Positions 37,740 through 49,703 of a stretch of 51,633 nt of DNA are shown one piece after another; within the stretch, counting starts at the first letter, position 1; each line of letters begins with the position of its first letter. Location of the stretch: contig NC_068983.1 of assembly GCF_001194135.2 (NCBI RefSeq), forward strand, positions 133,490,347-133,541,979. The letters are read 5' to 3'. The position numbers and the translations under genes are program-made. The stretch is from Octopus bimaculoides (Eukaryota). The notes below the pieces were generated by a model that saw only the letters and a program-made list of their open reading frames with translations, did not search any database and was not told the origin of the DNA.

Positions 37740-37742
<3 letters not shown>
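36868..37742. mobile_element. mariner derivative made of two inverted left ends
   Basis: TIR TGATCAATAAGTATCCG (36868) is inverse to CGGATACTTGTTGATCACACTTCG-TA (37742). Plus MTEKVDQRICIKFCHNL faces minus NRRITIRELSEDV..GSVQCII.ENLGMRRV. Confidence 0.85.
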
Positions 37743-37782
<40 letters not shown>

Positions 37783-38673
37783 NNNNNNNNNNNNNNNNNN
37801 NNNNNNNNNNNNNNNNNNNNNNNNNNNNNNNNNNNNNNNNNNNNNNNNNNNNNNNNNNNNNNNNNNNNNNNNNNNNNNNNNNNNNNNNNNNNNNNNNNNN
37901 NNNNNNNNNNNNNNNNNNNNNNNNNNNNNNNNNNNNNNNNNNNNNNNNNNNNNNNNNNNNNNNNNNNNNNNNNNNNNNNNNNNNNNNNNNNNNNNNNNNN
38001 NNNNNNNNNNNNNNNNNNNNNNNNNNNNNNNNNNNNNNNNNNNNNNNNNNNNNNNNNNNNNNNNNNNNNNNNNNNNNNNNNNNNNNNNNNNNNNNNNNNN
38101 NNNNNNNNNNNNNNNNNNNNNNNNNNNNNNNNNNNNNNNNNNNNNNNNNNNNNNNNNNNNNNNNNNNNNNNNNNNNNNNNNNNNNNNNNNNNNNNNNNNN
38201 NNNNNNNNNNNNNNNNNNNNNNNNNNNNNNNNNNNNNNNNNNNNNNNNNNNNNNNNNNNNNNNNNNNNNNNNNNNNNNNNNNNNNNNNNNNNNNNNNNNN
38301 NNNNNNNNNNNNNNNNNNNNNNNNNNNNNNNNNNNNNNNNNNNNNNNNNNNNNNNNNNNNNNNNNNNNNNNNNNNNNNNNNNNNNNNNNNNNNNNNNNNN
38401 NNNNNNNNNNNNNNNNNNNNNNNNNNNNNNNNNNNNNNNNNNNNNNNNNNNNNNNNNNNNNNNNNNNNNNNNGCTTTCATGGTCAATGCAACGATCACAC
38501 GCTACACACGTTCCTTCCAAGAAGTGCTGTAAACAGTGGAAGTGAACTAGAACGTTAAACGTTAGTGCGCTTGCACAGCAGAGTCCAAGGTCAACCTGCG
38601 CCTAGCGGCTCCACTGTGTGTGGTGTGGCTTCGCTACTATTACAACAGTCCGGATACTTGTTGATCACACTTC

Positions 38674-38715
<42 letters not shown>

Positions 38716-38773
38716 ATATGTGTTATATATGTGTGGGGGGGATTTATAGGACATTTATAAGGAAAAAAAATAA

Positions 38774-39170
38774 TCTTGCAGCTGTTTCTGAGAAATTAGG
38801 GATATTGAACTCTACTATTTCCCTCTATCGTCAACTTTGGTCTCCTGGATACCAATACCTTTCATATCATTGCTTCCTTTCTAATACAAGCACTTATTAC
38901 AGGTAACGCTTATATAATGGATAAACAATTCCTTTGCGTCACTCTTAAGGACATACCTATTCTCTCACAAAAAACTTTCCTTTTACTCCTACTCACCAAA
39001 ACTAAGGACCTCATCCGAAGATGCAGTGAAAAGCATTCTTCCCCACCCCACGCAAAATACAGAAATTGAAACCCCCAAACTAAATTATTTTCCACCCACA
39101 TCGCAAACGCTTTAATAGCAGTAAATGCTGAAAATGACATTTTAATACATAGACTAAAAAACATTCCCAC
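38774..39170 (+). mobile_element. PLE ORF N-terminal fragment with an upstream antisense HHR remnant
   Basis: VTLKDIPILSQKTFLLLLLTKTKDLIRRC (cf. SLKNIPIPS..YL..L..K...FI.RMRW); minus UUGACGA...GAAACAGCUG at 38774-38838. Confidence 0.55.
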
Positions 39171-39394
39171 GCATGCGTAGATAGCGTTGTCTCGAACACA
39201 GATAGGTGGTGAAACCCGCGCTTCAGAGATCTGCTGAGTCATTTTCAGCTACCAGACCGGTATAGACTAGAATTCCAGGACGCTCCATTGTGGACATGGA
39301 CTAATAGCGACGGGTTTCCTAGATCTTTTATAGATAGGATTATAATAAGGCATAAATATAAAAAAACTTACTTAAGCGTCCACAATTTCACTAC

Positions 39395-40560
39395 ATCAGC
39401 TACAGTGATCACAAATTTGTGACCTGTAGGATCGTCATAGATAGGTTAGGTAGACAGAAACCCGGTTACTGGAAACTTAACAAGTTTCTTTATGCGTTGG
39501 CTCTTGAGCTTTTACTACGGAAATTGGGGGAATTGAGGGGCATGCAACGTGATTTAAGTTGTGGAAAATCGGTTTCGGCCTATGCGGATGACATTACTGT
39601 CACCGTATCCGAGGTCCACCACCTATAAAGAGTAGGTGTGGCTATTAAGGAGCAAAATTTAACCGGGAGAAGTCGGTCGGCTTGCAACTTGGCACCTGGA
39701 GGGCCAAATCGATGCCACCAAAAGGCGTCGTCGAGCGTTGGACGGTGGGTCCAGTTAAAATGCTAGGTGTTTGGTTCGGTCAGACCTCCAGATAGAGAAG
39801 AAATGGAGCGAGGTGACGAGCGGGATGACCCTCCTAACTTGGACCTGGTCTGAGCGGTGGCTATCCCTGAAATGGTGGGTGGAGATCGCAAATGTGCTTA
39901 TTGCATCTGTGATTATCTACCGCCAAACCATCGTACCTTACCCACCAAGTCGTGGCTAAACAAGCTGGAGCGATTGCTCTTCCGCTTTTTGTGGATGGGC
40001 AGAGGTTCTGCTTGTAAGGCTCTCTATCTGCTGCCAACACCGGCTAAAGGATGGGCTAGGGATGCCTTAGGTATTGACGCACAGGCATGCGCTGAGGCTG
40101 AGGCATCTGTAGCTCTACCTGGATGATGAACAGGTGTTGTCTCCGTTCATCAGGGGCTTTTGGATAATTTCCAAGAGTCTCTGGCTTGGCAATGTTACCA
40201 AGGAGTCTTACCAGTTTGCGATAAACTCGCAAAGCATGATGTTTCTTGTTCGTCCACTTGCCCAAGATGCGAACAGGACAACGAAATGCTCTTTTTTGTA
40301 CTAGTGGCCAGACTTTTCCCGTAAGTGATGGAGTGCCAGTCATCCGTGTACTCTTTCTTTGTATATAGTTCAGGATGTCAGTGTGCGTCACAGATGCACT
40401 GCTCCACATATGGTCACAGTACACCACTGTAGACTGTCAGCTCGAGTCTAAAATATTTTCTGACCCTAAAGGGAAGGTCTAGTCTTTGGAATACTGTTCT
40501 AGCTAAGGATATACATTCACCATAAAAGATCTTCGATGGTAGTGAGTGTAGCGGGATTAT
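39395..40560 (+). mobile_element. Tx1/L1-clade LINE, internally deleted
   Basis: SDHKFVTC..GYWKLN (APE end) is joined to YALALE.LLRKL..SAYADDIT, EKSVGLQLGTW, LERLLFRFLW and zf-RVT WQCYQG.LPV.DKL..TCPRC. Confidence 0.85.
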
Positions 40561-40594
40561 ACGCATATTTAGTGGAGTGTACGGTGTTTTCTTC

Positions 40595-40920
40595 ATATAA
40601 AGTGAAAATTATGAATAATTTTCTTGAATATTGCACAGATTTGCATGAATCCGACCACGCTATATTTCAGTCTCTTGGAGAGTCTCTTTGCCAAATTCTT
40701 TAGCTCTGTACTGAGCAGAATTTGGGGCCAAAACTTTTCTATCACGTTCTCCTTGTTCAGATCTTTCCACTGCAATATTACTACGCCCAAACTGAGTCGA
40801 TTGAGAATACTCCCAGCTTGTTGCCAGAAGAAGTTCCTGCCAAGAGAGAAGCGAAAATGTCTGGCATAGAGGCTGGAGAGCTGAGCGTCCAAACCATGAG
40901 GCCGAAAAGGCCAATCTCCC
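40595..40920 (-). mobile_element. Tx1-clade RT N-terminal fragment, inverted
   Basis: GVVILQWKDLNKENVIEKFWPQILLSTELKNLAKRLSKRL..MQICAI (cf. KG..I.NFRPITLLN.ELKILAK.L.KRL..QTCAI). Confidence 0.7.
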
Positions 40921-41043
40921 AGCTAAAACTGATTAAAACAAAGCAAGTAAAAGCAATAACAACAGTAAGTAAGAAGCAGTATCCCCATTCAGTTATGAAT
41001 ATAGGATCCAGACGGAGATCGATGGAGTTAAGTAGATTATCTC

Positions 41044-41105
<62 letters not shown>

Positions 41106-43559
41106 TCAACGGCTAAATTAGAAACAGTTATTGTCGTTTGTCAGCTTGAAAGAATGTATTTTTTTCAGTCAAGCTGTTGATTCCTAGATTACATTCATTT
41201 CTTTCTTTTTTTCTTTTTATTCTTGCTTCTTAATTCAGAATCTGAATATATTTCTTGTTTGTATGGTGTAAAAACTGATTTTTTTCTGTTTTATCAAACT
41301 GACTTTTGCCCAAAAGACATTTCTCTTTCACATTTTCCTTCGACTTCATTCATAATGGCCTCCAGCCAGAGAGACAACACCTCCTAAAGAGAAAAATCAA
41401 AAGGCTAATTCTGCCATTGTGAAGCAGAATAATAAAGCTTTTCTGCAAAAATTCTCTCTTGTCTTAAACATGGAAAATTTTGCATTCTCAGAAAAACAAA
41501 ATATGATTTTTTGGACATTCTGAGAACATTTTTGCGAAGACACAAAGAACAACAACGCAGATGTCGTCATCAACAATGGAGATAGTTTTTCCCAAGCGGC
41601 ATCATTCGTAGAATGAACAATGAAAAGTTCAAAATGGACCGACGAAAGCATTGTATTGAACAGAACTTAATCTTGCCTGGAGAATTTATTGAATTGTAAT
41701 GGGAGAGAACTCATCTGTCTTTGTCACAGAAAGGAAGGAGTGCTTTTTCGAAAGCGTCCAAACAGTAATTGAATAAAGTTTGGGCGAACGTCTGTCCTAT
41801 TATTTTACATTTAAAGAAAGGAAATTTGATTGCAAAATATTTACCATGGTGTAGCATAAAACACAGGTTAGACTGAGGGTGGGTATAGCTTGTTGCTTTT
41901 GTAAAGTAATGAAGATGGGTATTAAGCGCACGACTAATAAGAAATAATGTGTGGTTGGTAGGAGTTAGCATGCACATGCAAGTCTTTATGAGGCTTCGGG
42001 ACCACAAGGCCCTACTGGAGTTGTGTTTCATTGTCGGCACGTAATCCAAGGAATTAACGTTTACTTTACATAACAAAAAGCTATTTAAGGTTTCTCTGCT
42101 CAAAAGGATTGAGCACAGATAGCTGTAGCTCCTGTTGCAATCCCGAATTTGGCCGATGATCCCGCTTTGTCCTTTGTCTCAGTAACAAATAACGTCTGAG
42201 AGGAATCAAATGCAACCTAATGGAATGGAAAATACTGGAGAGAGAAAAGAAAAATTAACGAGATCTCTGGGACACATAAAATACCTGGCGTGCGAGCAGT
42301 AACGTAGAGCGCCCCGAGTCATCCTAACGAGTAGGCTACTGCTCATGTATATGTCTGGGTGGATGGGGATTAACCATAAATGTTATGCAATCAGTTCAAT
42401 CATATCTTATTTAAATCATTCTGTTTAACATTTTACTATCTATTCTACAATTTTAACTTCGTCTCTTGTATAGCAACCCTACCACTTCCCAGTTTCTCCG
42501 TGTTTATCTTTTCCCTTCAGCGCAGTCATTTATTGTATTTGAGAGTAAAATATTCATGACCGTTCTTTTCAGTGGAGTGCAAGGAAAAATAAATTTTGAT
42601 CAAAAAACAAAGCAAACTTTTTTCTTCCTTACGTTACATATATTAGTTAAATAAATAATTTTTTAAAAAGCCACTTCTGTTTTTATTTCGTTTCTTGAAA
42701 TAAAGTACTTGAAAATCACCGAGGTAAAAATTCATTTTTTTCTTCCACTGCAACACAAATACGACAGAGTATATGGGAGTTGTCAGCCTTCCGTTCGCAT
42801 AAAATATATATTTAATCGATGAGTTATTCAGGAAAAGCGTACAGGATTTTAGTTACATCTAAAATATTGGCAACAGAAAAAAGTGGCTATGCTTTGATCT
42901 TATGTTGAAGACTCGAAATTGCGTTTGACCTTCTGTTCGATAACTGATGAGGGAGTTGGTGACCTTTTGTGTCTGTTTTCTGTTTGTTTATGCATTTATT
43001 ATATGTTGTTTAACTTATATGCAAACAGACACTGGAATGTATACAATCAACATTTATAAACATATTTAAACAACAAATCTTTCGACCTTATTAGTTTAAT
43101 ATTTATTAATGATCAGCAATGTGAATGACAGGAGAAATGTGATAAAAACTGAGTTATTCTCACTGCGTCGATAATGCAGGATGTGTTTATCGGTCGTGCT
43201 TTAATATATTTGTTTCGTTAACCTTGTACATTCCAGTCGCACTATATTCAACCTGTTGTGACCGTCTCGTTCTATAGCAGCTGCTAATGTGTGTAATATC
43301 AGAAATATATATATGTGGTGGAAGGTTGAATAATACAATAACTTATATTACGTTTATGTGGCTATGTTAGACATTTATTCTTTCCATTCATCTGTTTCAT
43401 ATAAACGTAGACCACGGTCCTTCCTAATTCTATCTAATTATAGAGCACACGCAGTGAATTAATCTAACAGATTATGGTGTGCTGTGAGAGGACTGCGAAT
43501 GTTCTACACACACACAAACACATGCACTCACACTCACACATACACATACACACACACAT

Positions 43560-43596
<37 letters not shown>

Positions 43597-43632
43597 TACA
43601 CATACACACATACACATACACACTCACACATG

Positions 43633-43677
<45 letters not shown>

Positions 43678-43679
43678 CG

Positions 43680-43805
43680 GACTTCCATAGTTTCCATCAT
43701 TCAATTACACTCACAAGTCATTGGTTAACCTAAGGCTATGCAATATGTTTAACCAAGGTGTAGCACAATGGAGGTCGAACTAAGAACTACATGATTATGA
43801 AGCCT
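43680..43805 (-). mobile_element. SINE family B head remnant
   Basis: AGTTTCCATC..CACTCACAAG.C.TTGGT..CC.AAGG is a degenerate match to 23694-23790. Confidence 0.55.
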
Positions 43806-44557
43806 GTAGCTATATCTGGACTCATCTAATGAGTTGAAAACTCATTAGTCAGTAATGTTCAGTTTATTCTAGAGTGTTGCGAGGATAATAAGCACCTCGT
43901 GGCCCCATTAATAAATTCACTCAGAATGTGTCGATGATTTTTTTCCTCTTCAGAATAATCATATGTTGCGCTCAGAATAGCAAATAGACACAAAACTTGT
44001 GTTAACCGAGTATTGAAACCGCATCACTAACATAGCATGTTGAAAGTTTAACATGTAATATCAGTATAAATCAATATATCTACAGTAACATATCTTCTCT
44101 CTAGAAATATGTTAATCTCTCGACATGTCATATTAGTGATTGACTGATGGATTGATTGATGTTAATATGTAGGTGGCGTGCCCGTGTGTTATGTGATATT
44201 AGAGCAGAGAGAGAAGGGTCATTGTAACAAAGTACTTTTAAGCGGTTGAATTCTAAACAGATCAGAAGTAGCCGATATTAGCTTCATCTATTAATCGATG
44301 ACTAGTTTCTACTGGTTTATATCCGTCTTATCTAAAATATTTGCTCATGCTCGTTATACAGTGAAAATGGTCAGATTACAGCTAATTGTGAAAAACTCGA
44401 GTAACAGACGTTGATTATGTTAATGTACATATGATTACATTCACACATGCACACAGACACACATGCATACATACATACATACATACATACACACACATGC
44501 ATAAATGTATATACACACACACACATGCACATATACTTTTGTATGTGTATCTGTGAA

Positions 44558-44780
44558 GGCGCGTGGCTTAGTGGTCAGGGAATTCGACTCACGATCGTAA
44601 AGTCGTGAGTTCAATTCCCAGCGATGCGTTGTGTCATTGAGCAAGACACTTTATTTCACGTTGCTCCAGTCCACTCAGCTGGCAAAAATGAGTAATACCT
44701 GTAATTCAAAGGGCCAGCCTTGTCACACTCTGTGTCACGCTAAATCTCCCTGAGAGCTATGAGAAGGGTACACGTGTCTG
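44558..44780 (+). mobile_element. SINE family C
   Basis: GGCGCGTGGCTTAGTGG A-box and GAGTTCAATTCC B-box, with a body shared with 8405. Confidence 0.85.
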
Positions 44781-44790
44781 TACTTCTTAA

Positions 44791-45140
44791 GGTGTAGGTG
44801 TGACTGAGTAGTAACAAGTTTGCTGTCCAACCACATGGTTTCAGATTCGGTCCCACTGCGTGGCACCTTGGGCAAGTGTCTTCTACTATAACCTCGGGCC
44901 GACCAAAGCCTTGAGTGGATATGATAGAGAGAAACTACAACGACCTATATATGTGTGCGTGTGTATGTGTGCCAATGTTTGTGTTTATATTTGACAACTA
45001 TTGTTGGGGTGTATACACCTCTTAATTTAGTGGGTCGGTAAAAAACTAAAAGTATTAGGGTTGATTTCTTCGACTAAACTCTTCGAAGTGGTACCCTAGC
45101 ATGGCCGCAGTTGAATGCCTAAAATAAGCAGAAGATTAAA
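44791..45140 (+). mobile_element. SINE family B, full-length and diverged
   Basis: CCAACCACATGG..GTCCCACTGCGTGGCACCTTGGGCAAGTGTCTTCTACTATA through the GCATGGCCGCAG tail. Confidence 0.85.
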
Positions 45141-46230
45141 GATTAGATCGTATAACTTTATTACAACTTCATTTTCAATAACTGCTGATCGCAAATTTAT
45201 ATACGCGACTATTCCAGCTTATACAAACCTATATTTTATTTTATTTTATAACAGCACTTTAGTTTTAACCTCTTGGAATTTCAAGTCAACTGACACTTCT
45301 CTTAATCTAAACTAGAATACTCGTTTTGGGTTGTTTTCTTACTTTTGTAAAATATCTTGCGCTGCCAATAAATAAACCTTGCTAGTCATTCAAATGTAAA
45401 TTCTATAAAATCAAATTATTAAATGTCTAATCAAAAATCAGAATAAGTCTCATTTTTCTAACATGGGATTCTTAAATCATAAAAAATTTCAATACTGTGC
45501 ATTATAAAAGATTGTTATTCACTGTACCACACCTTTTCTTAATAAGGTATTTTGCATTTTCTTGTATGTACTATACTGTCCTCAATCATATATGATTTAC
45601 GTAAACGATAATATTTCTGTTCAGCCTGTTNNNNNNNNNNNNNNNNNNNNNNNNNNNNNNNNNNNNNNNNNNNNNNNNNNNNNNNNNNNNNNNNNNNNNN
45701 NNNNNNNNNNNNNNNNNNNNNNNNNNNNNNNNNNNNNNNNNNNNNNNNNNNNNNNNNNNNNNNNNNNNNNNNNNNNNNNNNNNNNNNNNNNNNNNNNNNN
45801 NNNNNNNNNNNNNNNNNNNNNNNNNNNNNNNNNNNNNNNNNNNNNNNNNNNNNNNNNNNNNNNNNNNNNNNNNNNNNNNNNNNNNNNNNNNNNNNNNNNN
45901 NNNNNNNNNNNNNNNNNNNNNNNNNNNNNNNNNNNNNNNNNNNNNNNNNNNNNNNNNNNNNNNNNNNNNNNNNNNNNNNNNNNNNNNNNNNNNNNATATA
46001 TATATGAAATTCCATAACAGGGAAAATAGTTTCCTTTCTAGAGATGGAAAACATCCAAATTTGCACTGGCAGAAAAAAATATTTTCGCAACTCAAAAAGG
46101 TATTATTCAAAATACAAGAATTAAAAGAAAATGTAGATTTACGATTAACATATTTTGAATATCATTTAACATAATAGCATATTACAATAATAATATTATA
46201 TTATATTATATGAATAGAAATACAAATATT

Positions 46231-46315
46231 AATCCTACAAATTGTTTCGATTCATATCCAATAATGAATTTAGGAAAAATTCATATGTATGGGTATGAAT
46301 CTCATCAGCGAAATA
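46231..46315 (-). ncRNA. Near-intact hammerhead ribozyme with extended stem II
   Basis: CUGAUGA-GAUUCAUA...UAUGAAUC-GAAA-CAAUUUG-UA; 8-bp perfect stem II plus inner AUGAAUUU/AAAUUCAU helix; one G:G mismatch at the base of stem I. Confidence 0.65.
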
Positions 46316-46924
46316 TTTGACAAAGTTAGATAAAATTACATGTAAGGATTGTTAAATCCTAGAATAGACTGCATTAAATATGTCTGTAAGCGTGAGCATC
46401 AATAATTCAATATAATAAAAATAAAAATAAAAAATTCAGATATATGAAATACATAAGAAAAAAATATTCGTGTACACTTTTAATAATACCAATCTAAAAA
46501 TATTTCTGCCCATTATTTTTTATATACAAAAAAAATCTAAATAATATGCTACGAATTTATGACGGAGTAGGAAATATCTTTTTTTTTTATTCTTCATACT
46601 ATTAAGAAAAAATATATATCTTATTCAGACTAAATATTCAGAAAAATTCATTAATTTTACAAAAAAAAACAACGCGTTATTAATCATGACTAGACAGCAA
46701 AAGCAATTAATTAAAACACTTTATCTTAATTAGGCTAATACTGAATAATATTATAAATTACACCATATTCATTATTTATAATCACCTGTACTAAAATGAC
46801 AATCAAAATAAAAATTACGTTGTTATCAACTATTTATTCATTCAAAAGTTTATTCTAAATACGCCGATATTAAACAATTTAATAAAATTGCGATAATTTA
46901 TTACCTANNNNNNNNNNTCATACA

Positions 46925-47470
46925 TAATAAATAAATAAATAAATTATCGACAATCTACTTAGTTTTTTAGACGAAAATAACTCACAGTAAATCAATATGT
47001 TGATAATTTTTATGGATATCTAATTTGGAAAGAATAGAAGAACAGGATATACACAATATAAATTTACTAAGTATGATAGCGTCTACAATAAATATTTGTA
47101 TGTGCATAATATTTTTTTAAAATATAAATAATGTTTATAAATTATCATAATCTTCGTTTATGTGCTGATATAATCATTATTTTTAGTTACTATTACAAAT
47201 AAATAAATAAATAACATAAAAGAAATTTACTTAGTTTTTCAAAGGAAAATAAAGCACTGTAAATCAAAGTTTATAAACTTATATTTTCATGCTTTCGAAA
47301 AGAAGAGAAGCGGAAATACGTTATATGACAATATGTTTTAAATCACAATAGGGTATATTATAAATTTATTTGTATATTATTATTATCAAATTTAATTTAA
47401 ATGCTTATCATCATTTAGGACGAAATAAAAATAATATAATTTTAAATTTATTACTTTAATTCAGCTATGA
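46925..47470 (+). repeat. Diverged AT-rich tandem duplication, period ~272 bp
   Basis: TACTTAGTTTTT at 46956 and 47228, each preceded by (AAAT)n and followed by GAAAATAA...GTAAATCAA. Confidence 0.6.
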
Positions 47471-47943
47471 ATATACTAATATAGTTTTATACTTAGGATA
47501 ACTACATGATAGTACTTGTAAATATTAATCTAACACTAGACAATTAAATTATATATAATACTAAATTTATTTAGTAATATGCTGAAGTATTATAGATATC
47601 CATATTAATATACTAATTTAAACTTACTAATCAGTTGGTTCAAATAAAAAAATTTTCTCCAAAAATCAATTATATCAAAACACGTGCATCACGTTATAAA
47701 GACGGGTAAAGATCACAAGGAAAACTGTGTTAACGTCATCATCCATAACTTCAAAGTTTTACCATAACATTATCCATATGTTAATTTATTTGATTTCTTA
47801 TTTGTATATGAATTCAAATATATAGAGATACTCATATATACATACATACTACTACAACCAACAAAAAATGCCCCCACGTGGACTATTGACACCAGTAAGG
47901 AACAATTATGAACTCTTCATTTAATTTCATTTTTTCAAATATG

Positions 47944-47992
47944 TATTTTTGATAAGGTTCGTTTTTACAAGAACCGAAACATGTTAAAAATA
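47944..47992 (+). ncRNA. Decayed minimal hammerhead
   Basis: UUGAUAA-GGUUC-GUUUUUACAA-GAACC-GAAAC-AU-GUU-AAAAAU: perfect stem II and palindromic ACAUGU, but two core substitutions. Confidence 0.5.
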
Positions 47993-48177
47993 TCTCTGAC
48001 AAAATTTTAAATTAAAATTCATTTTTTATATATTGGCGTTTTCAAACTTCTTTTTTATAAATATATATATATATATACCTGCACATATACATATATATAG
48101 ACTTATATACGCACATATACATACATATACATATAGACACATACACACATCCACATGCACACACACGCACATATATA

Positions 48178-49160
48178 TTGGGTTGGCAACTAAGTTCCCG
48201 CTGTTTNNNNNNNNNNNNNNNNNNNNNNNNNNNNNNNNNNNNNNNNNNNNNNNNNNNNNNNNNNNNNNNNNNNNNNNNNNNNNNNNNNNNNNNNNNNNNN
48301 NNNNNNNNNNNNNNNNNNNNNNNNNNNNNNNNNNNNNNNNNNNNNNNNNNNNNNNNNNNNNNNNNNNNNNNNNNNNNNNNNNNNNNNNNNNNNNNNNNNN
48401 NNNNNNNNNNNNNNNNNNNNNNNNNNNNNNNNNNNNNNNNNNNNNNNNNNNNNNNNNNNNNNNNNNNNNNNNNNNNNNNNNNNNNNNNNNNNNNNNNNNN
48501 NNNNNNNNNNNNNNNNNNNNNNNNNNNNNNNNNNNNNNNNNNNNNNNNNNNNNNNNNNNNNNNNNNNNNNNNNNNNNNNNNNNNNNNNNNNNNNNNNNNN
48601 NNNNNNNNNNNNNNNNNNNNNNNNNNNNNNNNNNNNNNNNNNNNNNNNNGCCAAGTTCAAAAATGGAAATTTTGACCTCAAAGACGCACCTTGTTCTGGC
48701 CGTTCAATTGAGTTCAATGAAGAGCGATTAAACCACCTTCTGCACGAAAATTCTCATCAAACGACAAAGAAACTGGCAGAGAAAATGGAATGCTCCCACA
48801 CTGCTATAGAGAAGCATCTTCATTTGATGGGAAAGGTTCAAAAGTATGGAGCATGAGTTCCACATACTTTAAGTGACAACAACAAAAATCAACGAGCCAC
48901 AATCTCCACTGGTTTGCTTGCACATCACAGCTCAATTCATGGACACAAGCAACGATTTCTTTACCGAATCGTTACTGGCGACGAAAAATGGTGCCTGTAC
49001 AACAATATGAAGCAACCTGAGGAATGGCTTAGCTCCGGTAAACAAGTGAAACCGCGCGTGAAACAAGACCTCTTTCCGCATAAAACGATGTTGTGCGTAT
49101 GGTGAGATTATCCATTACGAGTTGCTTGAACGGAACCAAACGGTCAACGCGGAACTCTCG
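48178..49160 (+). mobile_element. mariner transposon (Hsmar1/cecropia-like), 3'-truncated
   Basis: TA-TTGGGTTGGCAACTAAGTTCC TIR; KFKNGNFDLKDAPCSGR, VPHTLS, FLYRIVTGDEKWCLYNN, KTMLCVW. Confidence 0.9.
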
Positions 49161-49601
49161 AACTCACTCGGATCATTACTATTTATACCTGTCTCGGACC
49201 AGTCTATCTCTCGCAAGGAGGTGTCGTAACTCTCACCACAGCAGTATGTATGTATGTATGTATGTAAGTATGTATGTATGTATGTATGTATGGTCTATGG
49301 AGTTGGAAGTTCATATACATATTTTCATGTGAATGATGTCATGAATGTGTGCTATACATATACATCTGTGTAGTTAGGTAATCCAGTATAAGTTCATGAG
49401 AGTAAATATCTTTAATGTATAATGTACATATGAAGCATATTGTACACATAACCAATATCTAAAACTTACCCAGCTTGGATGGATGGCAATGTGAGTAGGA
49501 GTGGGTGGGGGGCATGCTTGAAATTTCGAAGTATCAACTGTTTCTTGTGCATGCAAGAAACCATTGTGGAATGAGCCTCGTGTGCATAGGTAGTTATGGA
49601 T

Positions 49602-49648
<47 letters not shown>

Positions 49649-49703
49649 CATACATACATACATACATACATACATACATACATACATACATACATACATA
49701 CAT

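Noticed and set aside
37537-38710. Apparent tandem duplication of the mariner end (37537-37780 vs 38473-38710)
   Set aside because: The copies are essentially identical and flank an N gap, typical of an unmerged contig overlap. The same pattern occurs at 26336-26445 and 33723-33822.
41397-42103. 84-aa and 130-aa minus-strand ORFs
   Set aside because: No motif I can assign; the faint RT-like resemblance (QTFAQTLFNYCLD) is not supported by neighbouring motifs.
42944-42975. CTGATGA as a hammerhead core
   Set aside because: No stem II-GAAA follows.
44558-44625. tRNA-like A/B-box sequences here and at 8405, 14066 and 23760-23830
   Set aside because: No complete cloverleaf, and each continues into a shared SINE body, so they are SINE heads rather than tRNA genes.
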